In this document: positions 15,362-24,226 of the stretch, in pieces
How the letters are laid out: every line of letters begins with the position of its first letter
How positions within the stretch are numbered: position 1 is the stretch's first letter
Source of the DNA: Candidatus Sulfotelmatobacter sp.
GTDB taxonomy: Bacteria; Acidobacteriota; Terriglobia; Terriglobales; Acidobacteriaceae
Assembly (NCBI GenBank): GCA_036514015.1
Contig: DATBYA010000115.1
Span: forward strand, 24,113 to 88,112
DNA: 64,000 bases
Direction of reading: 5' to 3'
The notes under the pieces: model-generated
The model's database searches: none
Seen by the model: only the letters and a program-made list of their open reading frames with translations
Told to the model about the DNA's origin: nothing
Position numbers and translations under genes: made by a program

Positions 15362-18300
15362 TTACGGAACGGAAAGCGTGATGGTCTGGCTCTTAGTATC
15401 GCTGCCGGACGTCGCTGTAACCGTGATTGTGGAGTTGCCGGGGGGCGTTCCGCTTACCGGCGCTTGCGTGGTTTGGCCGCTGCACGCCGGCAACAGCAGG
15501 AGCAGCGCGAACATAACGCACAGGGATAGTATTCCGGCGATTCGTCTTCGGCGCCCGTTCCCTCCGATCCCTACAAACAGCAGGCTCAATCCCGGAACCA
15601 TCAACCAGATCGCATAGAAACGGCGAGTCAGCAAACTCGAGACCGGCGTAGTCACGGGTCGGGCGGTGGTGGTTATGTTTAGCGTGGAGGAGCCGGGGCC
15701 TTGCAGCGAAACCGGGTTGGTCGTGAAGGTGCACGCAGACGCCGATGGCAAGCCGGTACACGCCAGCGAAATGTTGGTTCCGTACACGGGATGTGGAGTG
15801 AGCTGTATTTGGTAGGTGGCCGTGTCCCCTGCAACTGGCACGCTTCCGTTGGTGGGGGTGACGGTGAGGCTGAAGTCGGACATCTGCGCCGGCACCGAGG
15901 TTTGTGCCAGGACAATGTTGCCCGCCCCGGTCACTTGCACGGAACCCCCGTTGAAAGAGCCCGCAGTCCCACTGCTGTTCGGGGTGGGCGATACCACGAT
16001 GGTGATCGTGGCCGTCGAACCGGACTGCAGCGAGGGCAAGCTGCAGCTCACAATTGCGTTAGTCGACCCTCCGCCGCAGGTTCCGGCACTGGTGCTGGCC
16101 GATACAAAGGTCAGCGGCACCCCAGTGATCAAGGGACTCAGATTGTCCAAAAGCGTGATGTTGTTGGCCAAGTCAGGACCGTTATTGGTCACCGTGTAGG
16201 TGAACGTAGCCTGGTTCCCTGCACTGATGTAAAGCTGGTTGGTGCCTAGCGTCAGGGTTCCGCTGAGCGATAAGCTCACGGCGGTTCCCAGTTGGGTCAC
16301 AAAGGCGTCGTAACCGCCGCCGTTCGTTGGCTGCAATGGCTTCGAGACCTGCAGATCCACCGAGTTGGTGTCGCCTGCGAAGTAGGCGTTTTGGTTCACA
16401 TCCAGCGTGATGCCAGTACCTTCGTCCGTCCCGCTTCCGCCGAAGTAATTGGCCCACGAACCGGCTGTCGTCTGTCCGACCACGGTAGCCGTGTTCAGCC
16501 GTGCGACGAACGCATCCTGCGGCCCATTCAGAGCGCTCTGAATGGAATTGGGGCTCGGGAGGACGGGGAAATCCGGGGACTGAGTCCAGCCCGTCACTAA
16601 AGCGCCGCTGCCATTATCCACCGTGATCGCCAGTCCGGCTTCGTTGTCGCTTCCCCCGAGGTAGGAGAAATAGTTGAGCGTCACGTCGACCGGAATCGTG
16701 GTTGTGGTCGTAGACGTTGGATTTGACAGGCGCGCTACAAACGCGTCACTCGGAGCCCCAGCGGTCGCTGTGCAAACCAGCGTACTAGGATTGACGAGGT
16801 TGTCCAGACAGCGTTGCAGCGGGGCAGAGGTAACCGCAGTCGTTGCGCTCGTCCCAATGTCGATCGAATTTGTGGTTCCCACGAGATAAACGTTAGCCGC
16901 TCCGGAATCGAGGCCGATACCCATTCCCGAATCCGTTCCACTCCCACCCACATAAGTCGACCAGATCAGTTGCTCTCCCTGATTTGCGTTGGGATTCAGC
17001 TTCGCCACAAAGGCATCTGAGGCTGTCGTACTCGTAGTCGTCGCGCACGAAGGAGGATTGACGATGGTGGTCGGGGGCGCCGTATCCAGACAAGGCTGGT
17101 AAGGATTCAGGATGGGGAAGTCGGAGTTGCTGCATCCCGAGCATCCGGTATAGATAAAGTTGGTGGTGCCAGTGAAATACATGTTGCCGTTGGTATCGAC
17201 TGCAATACCGCCGCCCACAGCAATCGGCGCTGGGGTGTCGAAGGTTGCTCCGCCAAAATACGTTGAATAGGCGATGCTGCTGGCTCCCTGTGCGGCCGTA
17301 TTGACTTTGGTTACAAAGAACTGAATGGGTCCGCGCGGCGTGACTTGATATGGCAGTTTCTGAGGAAGCGTGGTCGCCGGGAATTGATCGGTGGTGCTAG
17401 CCGCATCCGTGGACGTGGTCGTCCCCGTCACGTACATGTAACCGGAGGCATCGATGGTCACGCCGCTGGCGATGTCGGTGCCGTTTCCGGAAAGGTAGGA
17501 CGAATACTGCAGGGTGGTGGCGTCGTACTTCAACTCGGTCACGAATGCGTGCGACGTGCCGGTGCTCCCCGGTTCCGGAGCAGTCTGATAGGCAGTGAGC
17601 GGAGTGATGGGAAAGTTGCTCGAGGACGTTGTCCCCGCCACGAAAGCATCGCCCTGCCCGTCTACGTTGATTCCAACCGGGCTGTCGGTGCCATTGCCAC
17701 CGAGATAAGTCACGTAATCCAGCGCTGCCACAATGGAACCTAGCGGCGGCGTAATCTTGGCAATGTAAACGTTCTGCGCGCCCGCCAGCGCCGTCTGTTT
17801 GACCCCGGTAGCCGCCGGAAGGTTGGGCGAGGTCGTCGAACCCGTCAGGTAAATGTTGAAGCTTCCGTCGATCGCAATGAAGGTCGAATGCTCGTCTCCG
17901 CTGCCCCCAAAATAAGTCGAGAAGGTCAGGATCGGGTCAATCACCAGTTCGCGTGAATGGTCATACGATCCAATCGCAAATCCGGCGCGGTTCGCCCCGC
18001 GCAGAACGAAGCTGCCTTCCACGGATTGCCGCTTCCCACCCGTCTCCTGATACACTCGCGGCGCCCCAAGCCGCACGCTGCCGTCCTCGCCGTGGATAAC
18101 CAGAGCCCCATCTTTCAGTTCCAGTTTTTTCGCACCCTTGAATTCCAGCTCGGCTTGCCTCGGATCTGACCCGGGCGCGACCTGGAAGTCATATTCCAGC
18201 CGTCCCTGATTGCCGTAGAAGAGCAGGTTGATTCCGGGGTAAACATTTTCATAGCGCACCCGCGCGAACTGCGGCACACTATGCCGCCACTTCGTGGGAT

Positions 18301-18904
18301 CATTCCCCAGGAAATAGTTACTCGTGCCGGGCAAACGTTCGGCGCCGGTTACATGGACGTTCGGATTCGCCCCCGCCAGCTTCATCTCCAGTGTCTCGAC
18401 GCGGGTCAGAGATGCCTGCGGCTTCGCCCCGTGCTGTCGGGACCGTTCCCGCTTCGATGGTTCCCGAGAAACCAAGCTCAGAAGCGCCCCGTCGGAACCC
18501 AAAAACAGGCTGTATCCCGAACCGTGAGTCACGAACTTGGCACGCCGATCGGCGGGATCGAGATTGGCTTGTCCCTGGTTTGGTTCGAAGATCAGGGGCA
18601 ACCCGGCGAAAAGCGAACGCGCTCGGGACTCGGCTCCGCCGCTTAGTTCGTCCGGCAACCCCTGTGCCCTCGTCAAAAAACCGGGCATAGTCGCCTGCCC
18701 TTGGATCGCTGAATCCTCGATCGCGGAACTCGGCGATGCTGGCTCCTCGGTCGCTCGAAGTTGGGCCGCCAGGTTCGCGGCGGTTTGACGCGATTGGGCA
18801 TTCCACCCGAGAACCGCGCATCCCGCCCCCAGCAGCACCAGCCCAGCGGCCAGAACACGAATTCGTCCCACGGATGAACCCAACCAACGGCGATCTACGT
18901 TCAC
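15362..18904 (-). CDS. Giant cell-surface protein with SBBP-type beta-propeller repeats, Ig-like domains and a C-terminal double-TM segment
   Basis: Repeated units end in DAFVAKL / DAFVARL / DAFVTQLG / HAFVTEL, with Y.TYLGG.G.D cores. N-terminal signal anchor RIRVLAAGLVLLGAGCAVLG. GTG 18904 is preceded by GGAGGA and is preferred over the track TTG 18922. Confidence 0.7.
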   Translation of the reverse strand: MNVDRRWLGSSVGRIRVLAAGLVLLGAGCAVLGWNAQSRQTAANLAAQLRATEEPASPSSAIEDSAIQGQATMPGFLTRAQGLPDELSGGAESRARSLFAGLPLIFEPNQGQANLDPADRRAKFVTHGSGYSLFLGSDGALLSLVSREPSKRERSRQHGAKPQASLTRVETLEMKLAGANPNVHVTGAERLPGTSNYFLGNDPTKWRHSVPQFARVRYENVYPGINLLFYGNQGRLEYDFQVAPGSDPRQAELEFKGAKKLELKDGALVIHGEDGSVRLGAPRVYQETGGKRQSVEGSFVLRGANRAGFAIGSYDHSRELVIDPILTFSTYFGGSGDEHSTFIAIDGSFNIYLTGSTTSPNLPAATGVKQTALAGAQNVYIAKITPPLGSIVAALDYVTYLGGNGTDSPVGINVDGQGDAFVAGTTSSSNFPITPLTAYQTAPEPGSTGTSHAFVTELKYDATTLQYSSYLSGNGTDIASGVTIDASGYMYVTGTTTSTDAASTTDQFPATTLPQKLPYQVTPRGPIQFFVTKVNTAAQGASSIAYSTYFGGATFDTPAPIAVGGGIAVDTNGNMYFTGTTNFIYTGCSGCSNSDFPILNPYQPCLDTAPPTTIVNPPSCATTTSTTASDAFVAKLNPNANQGEQLIWSTYVGGSGTDSGMGIGLDSGAANVYLVGTTNSIDIGTSATTAVTSAPLQRCLDNLVNPSTLVCTATAGAPSDAFVARLSNPTSTTTTTIPVDVTLNYFSYLGGSDNEAGLAITVDNGSGALVTGWTQSPDFPVLPSPNSIQSALNGPQDAFVARLNTATVVGQTTAGSWANYFGGSGTDEGTGITLDVNQNAYFAGDTNSVDLQVSKPLQPTNGGGYDAFVTQLGTAVSLSLSGTLTLGTNQLYISAGNQATFTYTVTNNGPDLANNITLLDNLSPLITGVPLTFVSASTSAGTCGGGSTNAIVSCSLPSLQSGSTATITIVVSPTPNSSGTAGSFNGGSVQVTGAGNIVLAQTSVPAQMSDFSLTVTPTNGSVPVAGDTATYQIQLTPHPVYGTNISLACTGLPSASACTFTTNPVSLQGPGSSTLNITTTARPVTTPVSSLLTRRFYAIWLMVPGLSLLFVGIGGNGRRRRIAGILSLCVMFALLLLLPACSGQTTQAPVSGTPPGNSTITVTATSGSDTKSQTITLSVP

Positions 18905-19818
18905 TCGTTCCTCCCGATGCAATTGAAAAGCCGGTTTTCTCCGGTCGTTTTCTTTTCGTCTCTTTAGTAATCGTGAATAATCGTGTTCGCTGGTCTTTTT
19001 CTCTCAGATCGTTCTTCCCTCAGAGGGGCGGAGAGATCCGAGGCGGCGCACAACTCACGCCGAGCCTCGCGTCGGCATGCTTCCATGGGCGAACCTGACC
19101 GCGGCTTGCTTGTCCCTAGTAACTGGCGGAAAAAATCAAATAACTACTTAAACATCCGACGGATAGACAAGTCAAGCGGCCCCCCGGCCGGTTCCGCGGT
19201 GCCGGTTCACTTCGACAGCCCAGGCTGCTTCGGAGCCATCCTGACTGCAGCCATTCTTCAGGCGGAGGGAAGGATCTTGCGTGCAGCTGGGCAGCCCTCT
19301 CTGCCTCGGCTCCAGGATTCGTCAGATGCGGTCAAGTATGACGAAAGATGCCGCGCCCGGGCACAAAAGTGACGGAGAGAAATTGCCAGCCTCTCTCGAC
19401 CGTAGGCCGAACTGGAACGCGCTCCTCTTTTTGCTTTTTGCTTTTTGCGTTGCTTTTTGCGCCATCCGCTAGCATCGTTCCCAACCGTCGGCATGGAATG
19501 GCGGAGCAAGCCACGGTTCAGGCAGAACCCCTACCCTCCGCCGCGCCACGATGGCAGCAGGATTGCTCGCAACCCCGTAAGGCCTGCGCATCGTTGCGTC
19601 TTCCCCATGGCCCGCGACGGGTTTTGTTCCGATTTCCGAACAGATTATCGAATCCGTTTCAAAATGGCATTTTGCTGTTGCATACTGTGGATGTTTCTAT
19701 ACATTGAGGGCTACGAGGACCGCATCCAGTCAAAACTCAGGCCTTGAATTCCGTGCCACTGCCGTCTGCTGGGCTGGCTTTTTTTCGAGCAACGCGCTCC
19801 TTGCCGGAGCGCACGAAC

Positions 19819-20193
19819 ATGCAACCGAACTCACAGGAACGGCGAACGATGCGGCGCTTTGATATGCGGCTCCCCGCCATCGTCCACGTCGAAAATAGCG
19901 GCGAAGTCCAGACCGAAACCCAGAACGTCAGCGCCCGCGGTGTGTTTTTTTACCTGGACCGCACCGTCGAAGCGGGCACCAGGATCGAAGTCACTCTCAC
20001 CTTTCCGCCGCACATCACGCTCACCGACGCCGTCCGCGTACGTTTCACCGCGCGTGTCCTTCGCGTCGAACAGCCTCTCCCCTCGTCGCGTATCGGCATT
20101 GCAGCTCTCATCGAAGACTACCAATTCCTTCGCTCCAACGGCAGCCCCGACTTGCTCTCCGCCCTGCAGAGAGAATGGAAAGCCACAAACTGA
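19819..20193 (+). CDS. Single-domain PilZ (c-di-GMP-binding) protein, second copy
   Basis: ATG 19819 gives MQPNSQERRTMRRFDMRLPAIVHV...QNVSARGVFFYL. Motifs are RRTMRR (RRxxxR) and NVSARG ([DN]xSxxG). The track ORF starts 75 nt earlier at TTG. Confidence 0.65.
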   Translation: MQPNSQERRTMRRFDMRLPAIVHVENSGEVQTETQNVSARGVFFYLDRTVEAGTRIEVTLTFPPHITLTDAVRVRFTARVLRVEQPLPSSRIGIAALIEDYQFLRSNGSPDLLSALQREWKATN

Positions 20194-20274
20194 AGTGCGG
20201 CAACTGAGTCACACGCTTGTGCGCCGCGGTGGCTGCCGATTTGCCTTTGTTCTTGCCGGGAAGGGACAGGGAAA

Positions 20275-20312
20275 ACGAAAACATAAAACAGCGGCGGACA
20301 GCACGGTCCGCC
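20275..20312 (-). terminator. Intrinsic terminator after ccmD
   Basis: 7-bp stem GGCGGAC (20293..20299) / GTCCGCC (20306..20312) with a 6-nt loop. On the minus strand it is followed by UGUUUUAUGUUUUCGUUU. Confidence 0.45.
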
Positions 20313-20343
20313 CCACATTAAGTCAAGGTCTACTTCCCTTTTT

Positions 20344-20472
20344 TCATTTCTTCTTCACTTCCTTCAACTGCTGGCGCAAGCGGCCGAATCTTCGCACCAG
20401 GCTGCCCAGATAGACGCCATGAATCAGCCAGGTGGCAATGTAGGCGGCGACTAGAAACTTAACGGCGTTCAT
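20344..20472 (-). CDS. ccmD: CcmD-like small membrane protein (42 aa)
   Basis: MNAVKFLVAAYIATWLIHGVYLGSLVRRFGRLRQQLKEVKKK has one TM plus a basic tail. Its ATG overlaps the ccmC stop (ATGA at 20472..20469). The longer 94-aa track ORF overlaps ccmC. Confidence 0.55.
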   Translation of the reverse strand: MNAVKFLVAAYIATWLIHGVYLGSLVRRFGRLRQQLKEVKKK

Positions 20473-21377
20473 CGCGAGCTCCGACCGAGCGGAAGGCTGG
20501 CCTTGGCCGCCACTCCCGCGCCCACCAACGATTCCATCGCGTGCGCTTCTTCGATCTCGCGGTGCAACAGTTCTAGCCGGAAGCGCGACCAACACACCAG
20601 AAACGCAAAACAAAGAAACGCCATCCAACTGATCAGCAACACATGCAGCATGCGCGGATCCATCGACCCGCCGCCGCCGATCACCGGCTGCGGATGCTGG
20701 GTGCGGAAAAACCAGATCGAGAAATAAACCAGGGGGACATCCAACGCCCCGAAAACTGCCAGCGCGGCCGCCAGCATCTGGGTCTGCGAGCTATGGGAAA
20801 AACGGCGCAACACGAGATAGCTCACGTAAATCAGCCACAAGACCAGCGTCGAAGTCAGCCGTATATCGCCCGGAGCCCACCAGATCCCCCACACCGGCCG
20901 CGCCCAGATCGGCCCTGTCACCAGCACGATGGTGCAAAAAACCACCCCTACCTCGGCAGAAGTCACCCCGAGCACGTCGAGAAGCTGACCCGGGAAAAGC
21001 CGCCCCACAAGAAAGTAGAACGCGGGAATGCAAAGCACGGTCGTTGCCAGGGCGCTGGGCCGCATTCCCGCGGACACTAATTGCTGCTGCACTTGCGGCA
21101 AGAAAGTCACCAACACCCCGAGCCCACCCACCCCAATCACAATCCATTTCGCGGCCCGTTTAGTCGACTCTTTTCGGTTGGCCAGGTATTGAATCGAGGC
21201 GATGAAATTAATGAAGAACAGCAGGAACGCGGTCCACGCCGAAGGCACATGATAATAAATAATCCTGTACACATCTCCCTGCTGCGCGTCCGTAGGCGCA
21301 ACCGCCAACGCCTGATACGTGGCATAGGCCAGCAGACCCGCCGTAAGGATCGACAAGATAGGGAACAGGGGTTTCAT
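20469..21377 (-). CDS. ccmC: Heme exporter/lyase subunit CcmC
   Basis: ATG 21377 overlaps the ccmB stop (ATGA). MKPLFPILSILTAGLL..., YYHVPSAW (His ligand region), Trp-rich motif WGIWWAPGDIRLTSTLVLWLIY, second His in FRTQHPQP. The 553-aa track ORF is an out-of-frame run-on across ccmB. Confidence 0.85.
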   Translation of the reverse strand: MKPLFPILSILTAGLLAYATYQALAVAPTDAQQGDVYRIIYYHVPSAWTAFLLFFINFIASIQYLANRKESTKRAAKWIVIGVGGLGVLVTFLPQVQQQLVSAGMRPSALATTVLCIPAFYFLVGRLFPGQLLDVLGVTSAEVGVVFCTIVLVTGPIWARPVWGIWWAPGDIRLTSTLVLWLIYVSYLVLRRFSHSSQTQMLAAALAVFGALDVPLVYFSIWFFRTQHPQPVIGGGGSMDPRMLHVLLISWMAFLCFAFLVCWSRFRLELLHREIEEAHAMESLVGAGVAAKASLPLGRSSR

Positions 21378-22051
21378 TCCGCGTGCAAAATCATTCCGAA
21401 CAAAGCCAGACAAGCTGTAGTAAACACCACATCGTAAGTGAGAAGCAATACGATGTAGAAGTGCGCGGAGTTCTCGCCGGTCAGAATCGATGTCGTCCCC
21501 GCAACCATGCCCAGCACGGCCGGAATGGAAATCGGAAACAGCAGCAGCGGCAGCATAATCTCGCGGCTCCGCGTGCGCAGCGACATCGCGGCAAAGAATG
21601 TCCCATTCACCACCAACGCCCAGGTCCCCAAGAGCGCGATGGGGATCAACTGCCAGGCGGGACCCAGCACTCTCAGATTGTAAAAAATCACAAACAACGG
21701 CGTCATCAGCGCTTCCAGCACGCTCACCAAAAGGAAATTCCCCAACACCTTGGCAAGAAACAACGCATTCGCCGGAGCCGGAGAAACCCGATATGCATCG
21801 AGGACCTGATTGTGCAACTCGCGCGCCCAGGTCTGATTGAGCGCCACCACGGCGGCAAACAAAAACGCCACCCAAACCAGGCCACCCACAATGTGCCGCG
21901 ACTCCTCCGCCAGTGGGTCGAAGGAAAAAACGAAGATCACCACCACCAGCAAGGAAAAAAACAACATGGAATTGAGCGCATCCTTCGAGCGCCATTCCAG
22001 CCGGATGTCCTTGACCAGCGTCGCCAGAGTCACCGCCCAGAGCGCATTCAT
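21374..22051 (-). CDS. ccmB: Heme exporter permease CcmB
   Basis: ATG 22051 overlaps the ccmA stop (ATGA). MNALWAVTLATLVKDIRLEWRSKDALNSMLFFSLLVVVIF... gives a six-TM profile typical of CcmB. Confidence 0.85.
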   Translation of the reverse strand: MNALWAVTLATLVKDIRLEWRSKDALNSMLFFSLLVVVIFVFSFDPLAEESRHIVGGLVWVAFLFAAVVALNQTWARELHNQVLDAYRVSPAPANALFLAKVLGNFLLVSVLEALMTPLFVIFYNLRVLGPAWQLIPIALLGTWALVVNGTFFAAMSLRTRSREIMLPLLLFPISIPAVLGMVAGTTSILTGENSAHFYIVLLLTYDVVFTTACLALFGMILHAE

Positions 22052-22734
22052 GACACGCCCTCCCCCGGACCGGCAGCGCGTCGTAAGCTGGCCGTGCGGT
22101 CCACAATCTGCCCCGCCCGCATCCACACAAACTCGTCGGCTACCCCTTCGAGCAGCATGGCCTGGTGGGTGATCACGAACACGGTTTTGCCCGCATCGCG
22201 CATGCCTTTGAGCAACGTGACCATCCCTCCCGCCGAATGAGCGTCGACGTTCGAGAACGGCTCGTCCAGCAATAGCACCCGGGGGTCGTGCAGAATGGCC
22301 CGCGCCAAAGACATGCGCTGCCGCATTCCTTGCGAATACTGCCCGACCGCGCGCGTCAGCTCGGGATCGAGTCCTACGGCGCGAATCACTTCTTCCGAGC
22401 GGCCATCGCCCGCGATGCCGTAGAGCCGCGCGCAGTAGCGCAGGTTCTCCATCCCGCTCATCTCGTCATAGAGTAGCGACGGATGAGCCATGTATCCAAT
22501 CTCGCGGCAGGCTTCCCGCGGACTCTTTCCCAGCATCGAAATTTCCCCGCGCGTGGGTTCGGCCAGCCCGGCCAGAGCCCGCAACAACGTGGTCTTCCCG
22601 GCTCCGTTCTCGCCGAGAATCGCGTGGAAGCGGCCGCCATCAAACTCCGCCGTCACCCCGCGCAGCGCGGCAAAGCGTCCAAACTGCTTGATGACATTGT
22701 GGACGGTAATGATAGGAATGGCAGGATTGGTCAC
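22048..22734 (-). CDS. ccmA: Heme exporter ATP-binding protein CcmA
   Basis: Walker A GENGAGKTTLLRAL, signature YSQGMRQRMSLARA, Walker B LLLDEPFSNVD. First of the ABC trio upstream of ccmB and ccmC. Confidence 0.85.
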   Translation of the reverse strand: MTNPAIPIITVHNVIKQFGRFAALRGVTAEFDGGRFHAILGENGAGKTTLLRALAGLAEPTRGEISMLGKSPREACREIGYMAHPSLLYDEMSGMENLRYCARLYGIAGDGRSEEVIRAVGLDPELTRAVGQYSQGMRQRMSLARAILHDPRVLLLDEPFSNVDAHSAGGMVTLLKGMRDAGKTVFVITHQAMLLEGVADEFVWMRAGQIVDRTASLRRAAGPGEGVS

Positions 22735-22906
22735 AGGCTTCCAGCGACGAAGATTTCACTCCGCCACGAGTCTACCGGAGGCTAACAATCCATGCCGGGC
22801 GCCGATCGCGGGCGGCATGAGTGGGCACGATTTTGCTTCGCCAAAGCGACAAAACTTTGCCGCTCACTGAGACTTGAGATAAAGACAGGATCACGACGAT
22901 CGGGTG

Positions 22907-23392
22907 TCAGTTCGAAACGCCGCCGGGGCCCGCAGGTTGCACCTGCGTCATACTTTTGGCCGGTTCGGCCGACGGCGTAGCAGCTGGCGCGCCCTGCTGC
23001 GGAGCGTACTTCGACGCGCACTTGGCCTGCAATTGCCGGGCATGAAACACGCCATCGCGATCGAGTCGCCCGTCCGCCAACGCCTGAGAATCGTCTTTGA
23101 AGGTGTCGGGGGGCGCTTCGGTACCGGTATAGTCCACGTGGAGAGCCTGATCCTGTTCCATCAGCACAAACTGTACGTGCGTCCCCGTGCGCTTGATCGA
23201 ACCCGGCTGAACGTTCCCCGCAACCCGCAACCGCTTCGAGTAAGCGCCCTCGCCCATCTGGTGCAACTCTTTGATGGTGACGTAGTAACTCTTGCTGTCC
23301 TCGACGCCGGTGTAGGCCAGGTAGCCGAGCAGCAGCAGAATCACCGCCGTCGCTCCCCCGAATTTGAGATAGACCTTGGCTTGGCTCGACAT
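22907..23392 (-). CDS. ccmE: Heme chaperone CcmE, CxxxY variant
   Basis: N-terminal anchor GGATAVILLLLGYLAY, OB-fold region RLRVAGNVQPGSIKRTGTHVQFVLME...DGRLDRDGVFHARQLQAKCASKYAP. Cys replaces the heme-binding His of the canonical LAKHDENY motif. Confidence 0.85.
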   Translation of the reverse strand: MSSQAKVYLKFGGATAVILLLLGYLAYTGVEDSKSYYVTIKELHQMGEGAYSKRLRVAGNVQPGSIKRTGTHVQFVLMEQDQALHVDYTGTEAPPDTFKDDSQALADGRLDRDGVFHARQLQAKCASKYAPQQGAPAATPSAEPAKSMTQVQPAGPGGVSN

Positions 23393-23615
23393 ACTACGTC
23401 CTGGTGGAGACCTCTCGAATAAGACTACGCGTCGCCGACGCCAGAATCAAGATTGAGGCAGCCATCGATCATGGATCACCCCACACCTCTCGGGAAAAAA
23501 CGTCGCGGGTCCGGGCGCTCTGCGCGGTCGCATCTGAGGCTGCTAACCGGTGAGCGTCAAACCAAACTCTGTCCGCCTCCGCTAGAATGGAACGAATTCG
23601 AAAATTAGTTCCCCT

Positions 23616-24167
23616 ATGATCCATCCTTGGCATGATGTAACTCCCGGCGACAAACTTCCTCATGAGTTCGACTGCGTCATCGAGATCCCTTTTGGCTCCA
23701 GCGTGAAATACGAACTGGATAAGTCGAGCGGCCTGATCCGCCTTGACCGCATCCTCTATTCGGCCGTCTACTATCCCGCAAACTACGGTTTCATCCCGCA
23801 GACGCTCGCCGAAGACGACGACCCGCTCGATGTGCTGGTTCTCTGCCAGGAGACCGTCGTTCCCCTCACCATCATCCACGCCCGCACCATCGGCCTGATG
23901 ACCATGATCGACGCAGGCAAGCAGGATCACAAAATCATTGCCGTGGCGACGGAGGATCCCGAGTTCAATTCCTACCGCGAAGCATCGGAAATGCCGCCCC
24001 ACCGTCTGCTGATGCTGCGCCGGTTTTTTCAGGATTACAAGCAGCTCGAAGGCAAGGCGGTTGAGGTCGATGAGATACGCCCACCGTCGGAGGCCTATCC
24101 CATCATCCTTGACGCCCTGCGCCGGTACAGCGAACAGCGCCGCAAAGGCTTTAAGAGCGCCAAGTAA
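23616..24167 (+). CDS. ppa: Inorganic pyrophosphatase (family I)
   Basis: [11 protein letters not shown]...[54 protein letters not shown]... is a near-canonical PPase motif set. Confidence 0.9.
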   Translation: MIHPWHDVTPGDKLPHEFDCVIEIPFGSSVKYELDKSSGLIRLDRILYSAVYYPANYGFIPQTLAEDDDPLDVLVLCQETVVPLTIIHARTIGLMTMIDAGKQDHKIIAVATEDPEFNSYREASEMPPHRLLMLRRFFQDYKQLEGKAVEVDEIRPPSEAYPIILDALRRYSEQRRKGFKSAK

Positions 24168-24226
24168 GCTAGTTCCAAACCTCTGCGCCGCTCACCGCAT
24201 CCTAAGCTCCCGGAGCGTAGCGATAG

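Noticed and set aside
18918-18933. Sigma-54-like CGGCTT-N5-TTGCA (minus strand) at the head of the SBBP gene.
   Set aside because: It would put the transcription start inside or on top of the GGAGGA-GTG translation start at 18904. The -24 half is also poor.
19431-19460. GCTTTTT heptamer repeats considered as a CRISPR or minisatellite.
   Set aside because: There are only three short copies, with no spacers and no repeat-spacer periodicity. It is a simple low-complexity tract.
19665-19682. Sigma-54-like TGGCAT-TTTGC-TGTTGCA upstream of PilZ-2.
   Set aside because: The GG-to-GC spacing is 2 nt longer than the invariant -24/-12 spacing.
21378-22130. N-terminal 250 residues of the 553-aa track ORF 20469..22130.
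   Set aside because: This part is an out-of-frame read across ccmB. The real ccmC starts at ATG 21377, which overlaps the ccmB stop.
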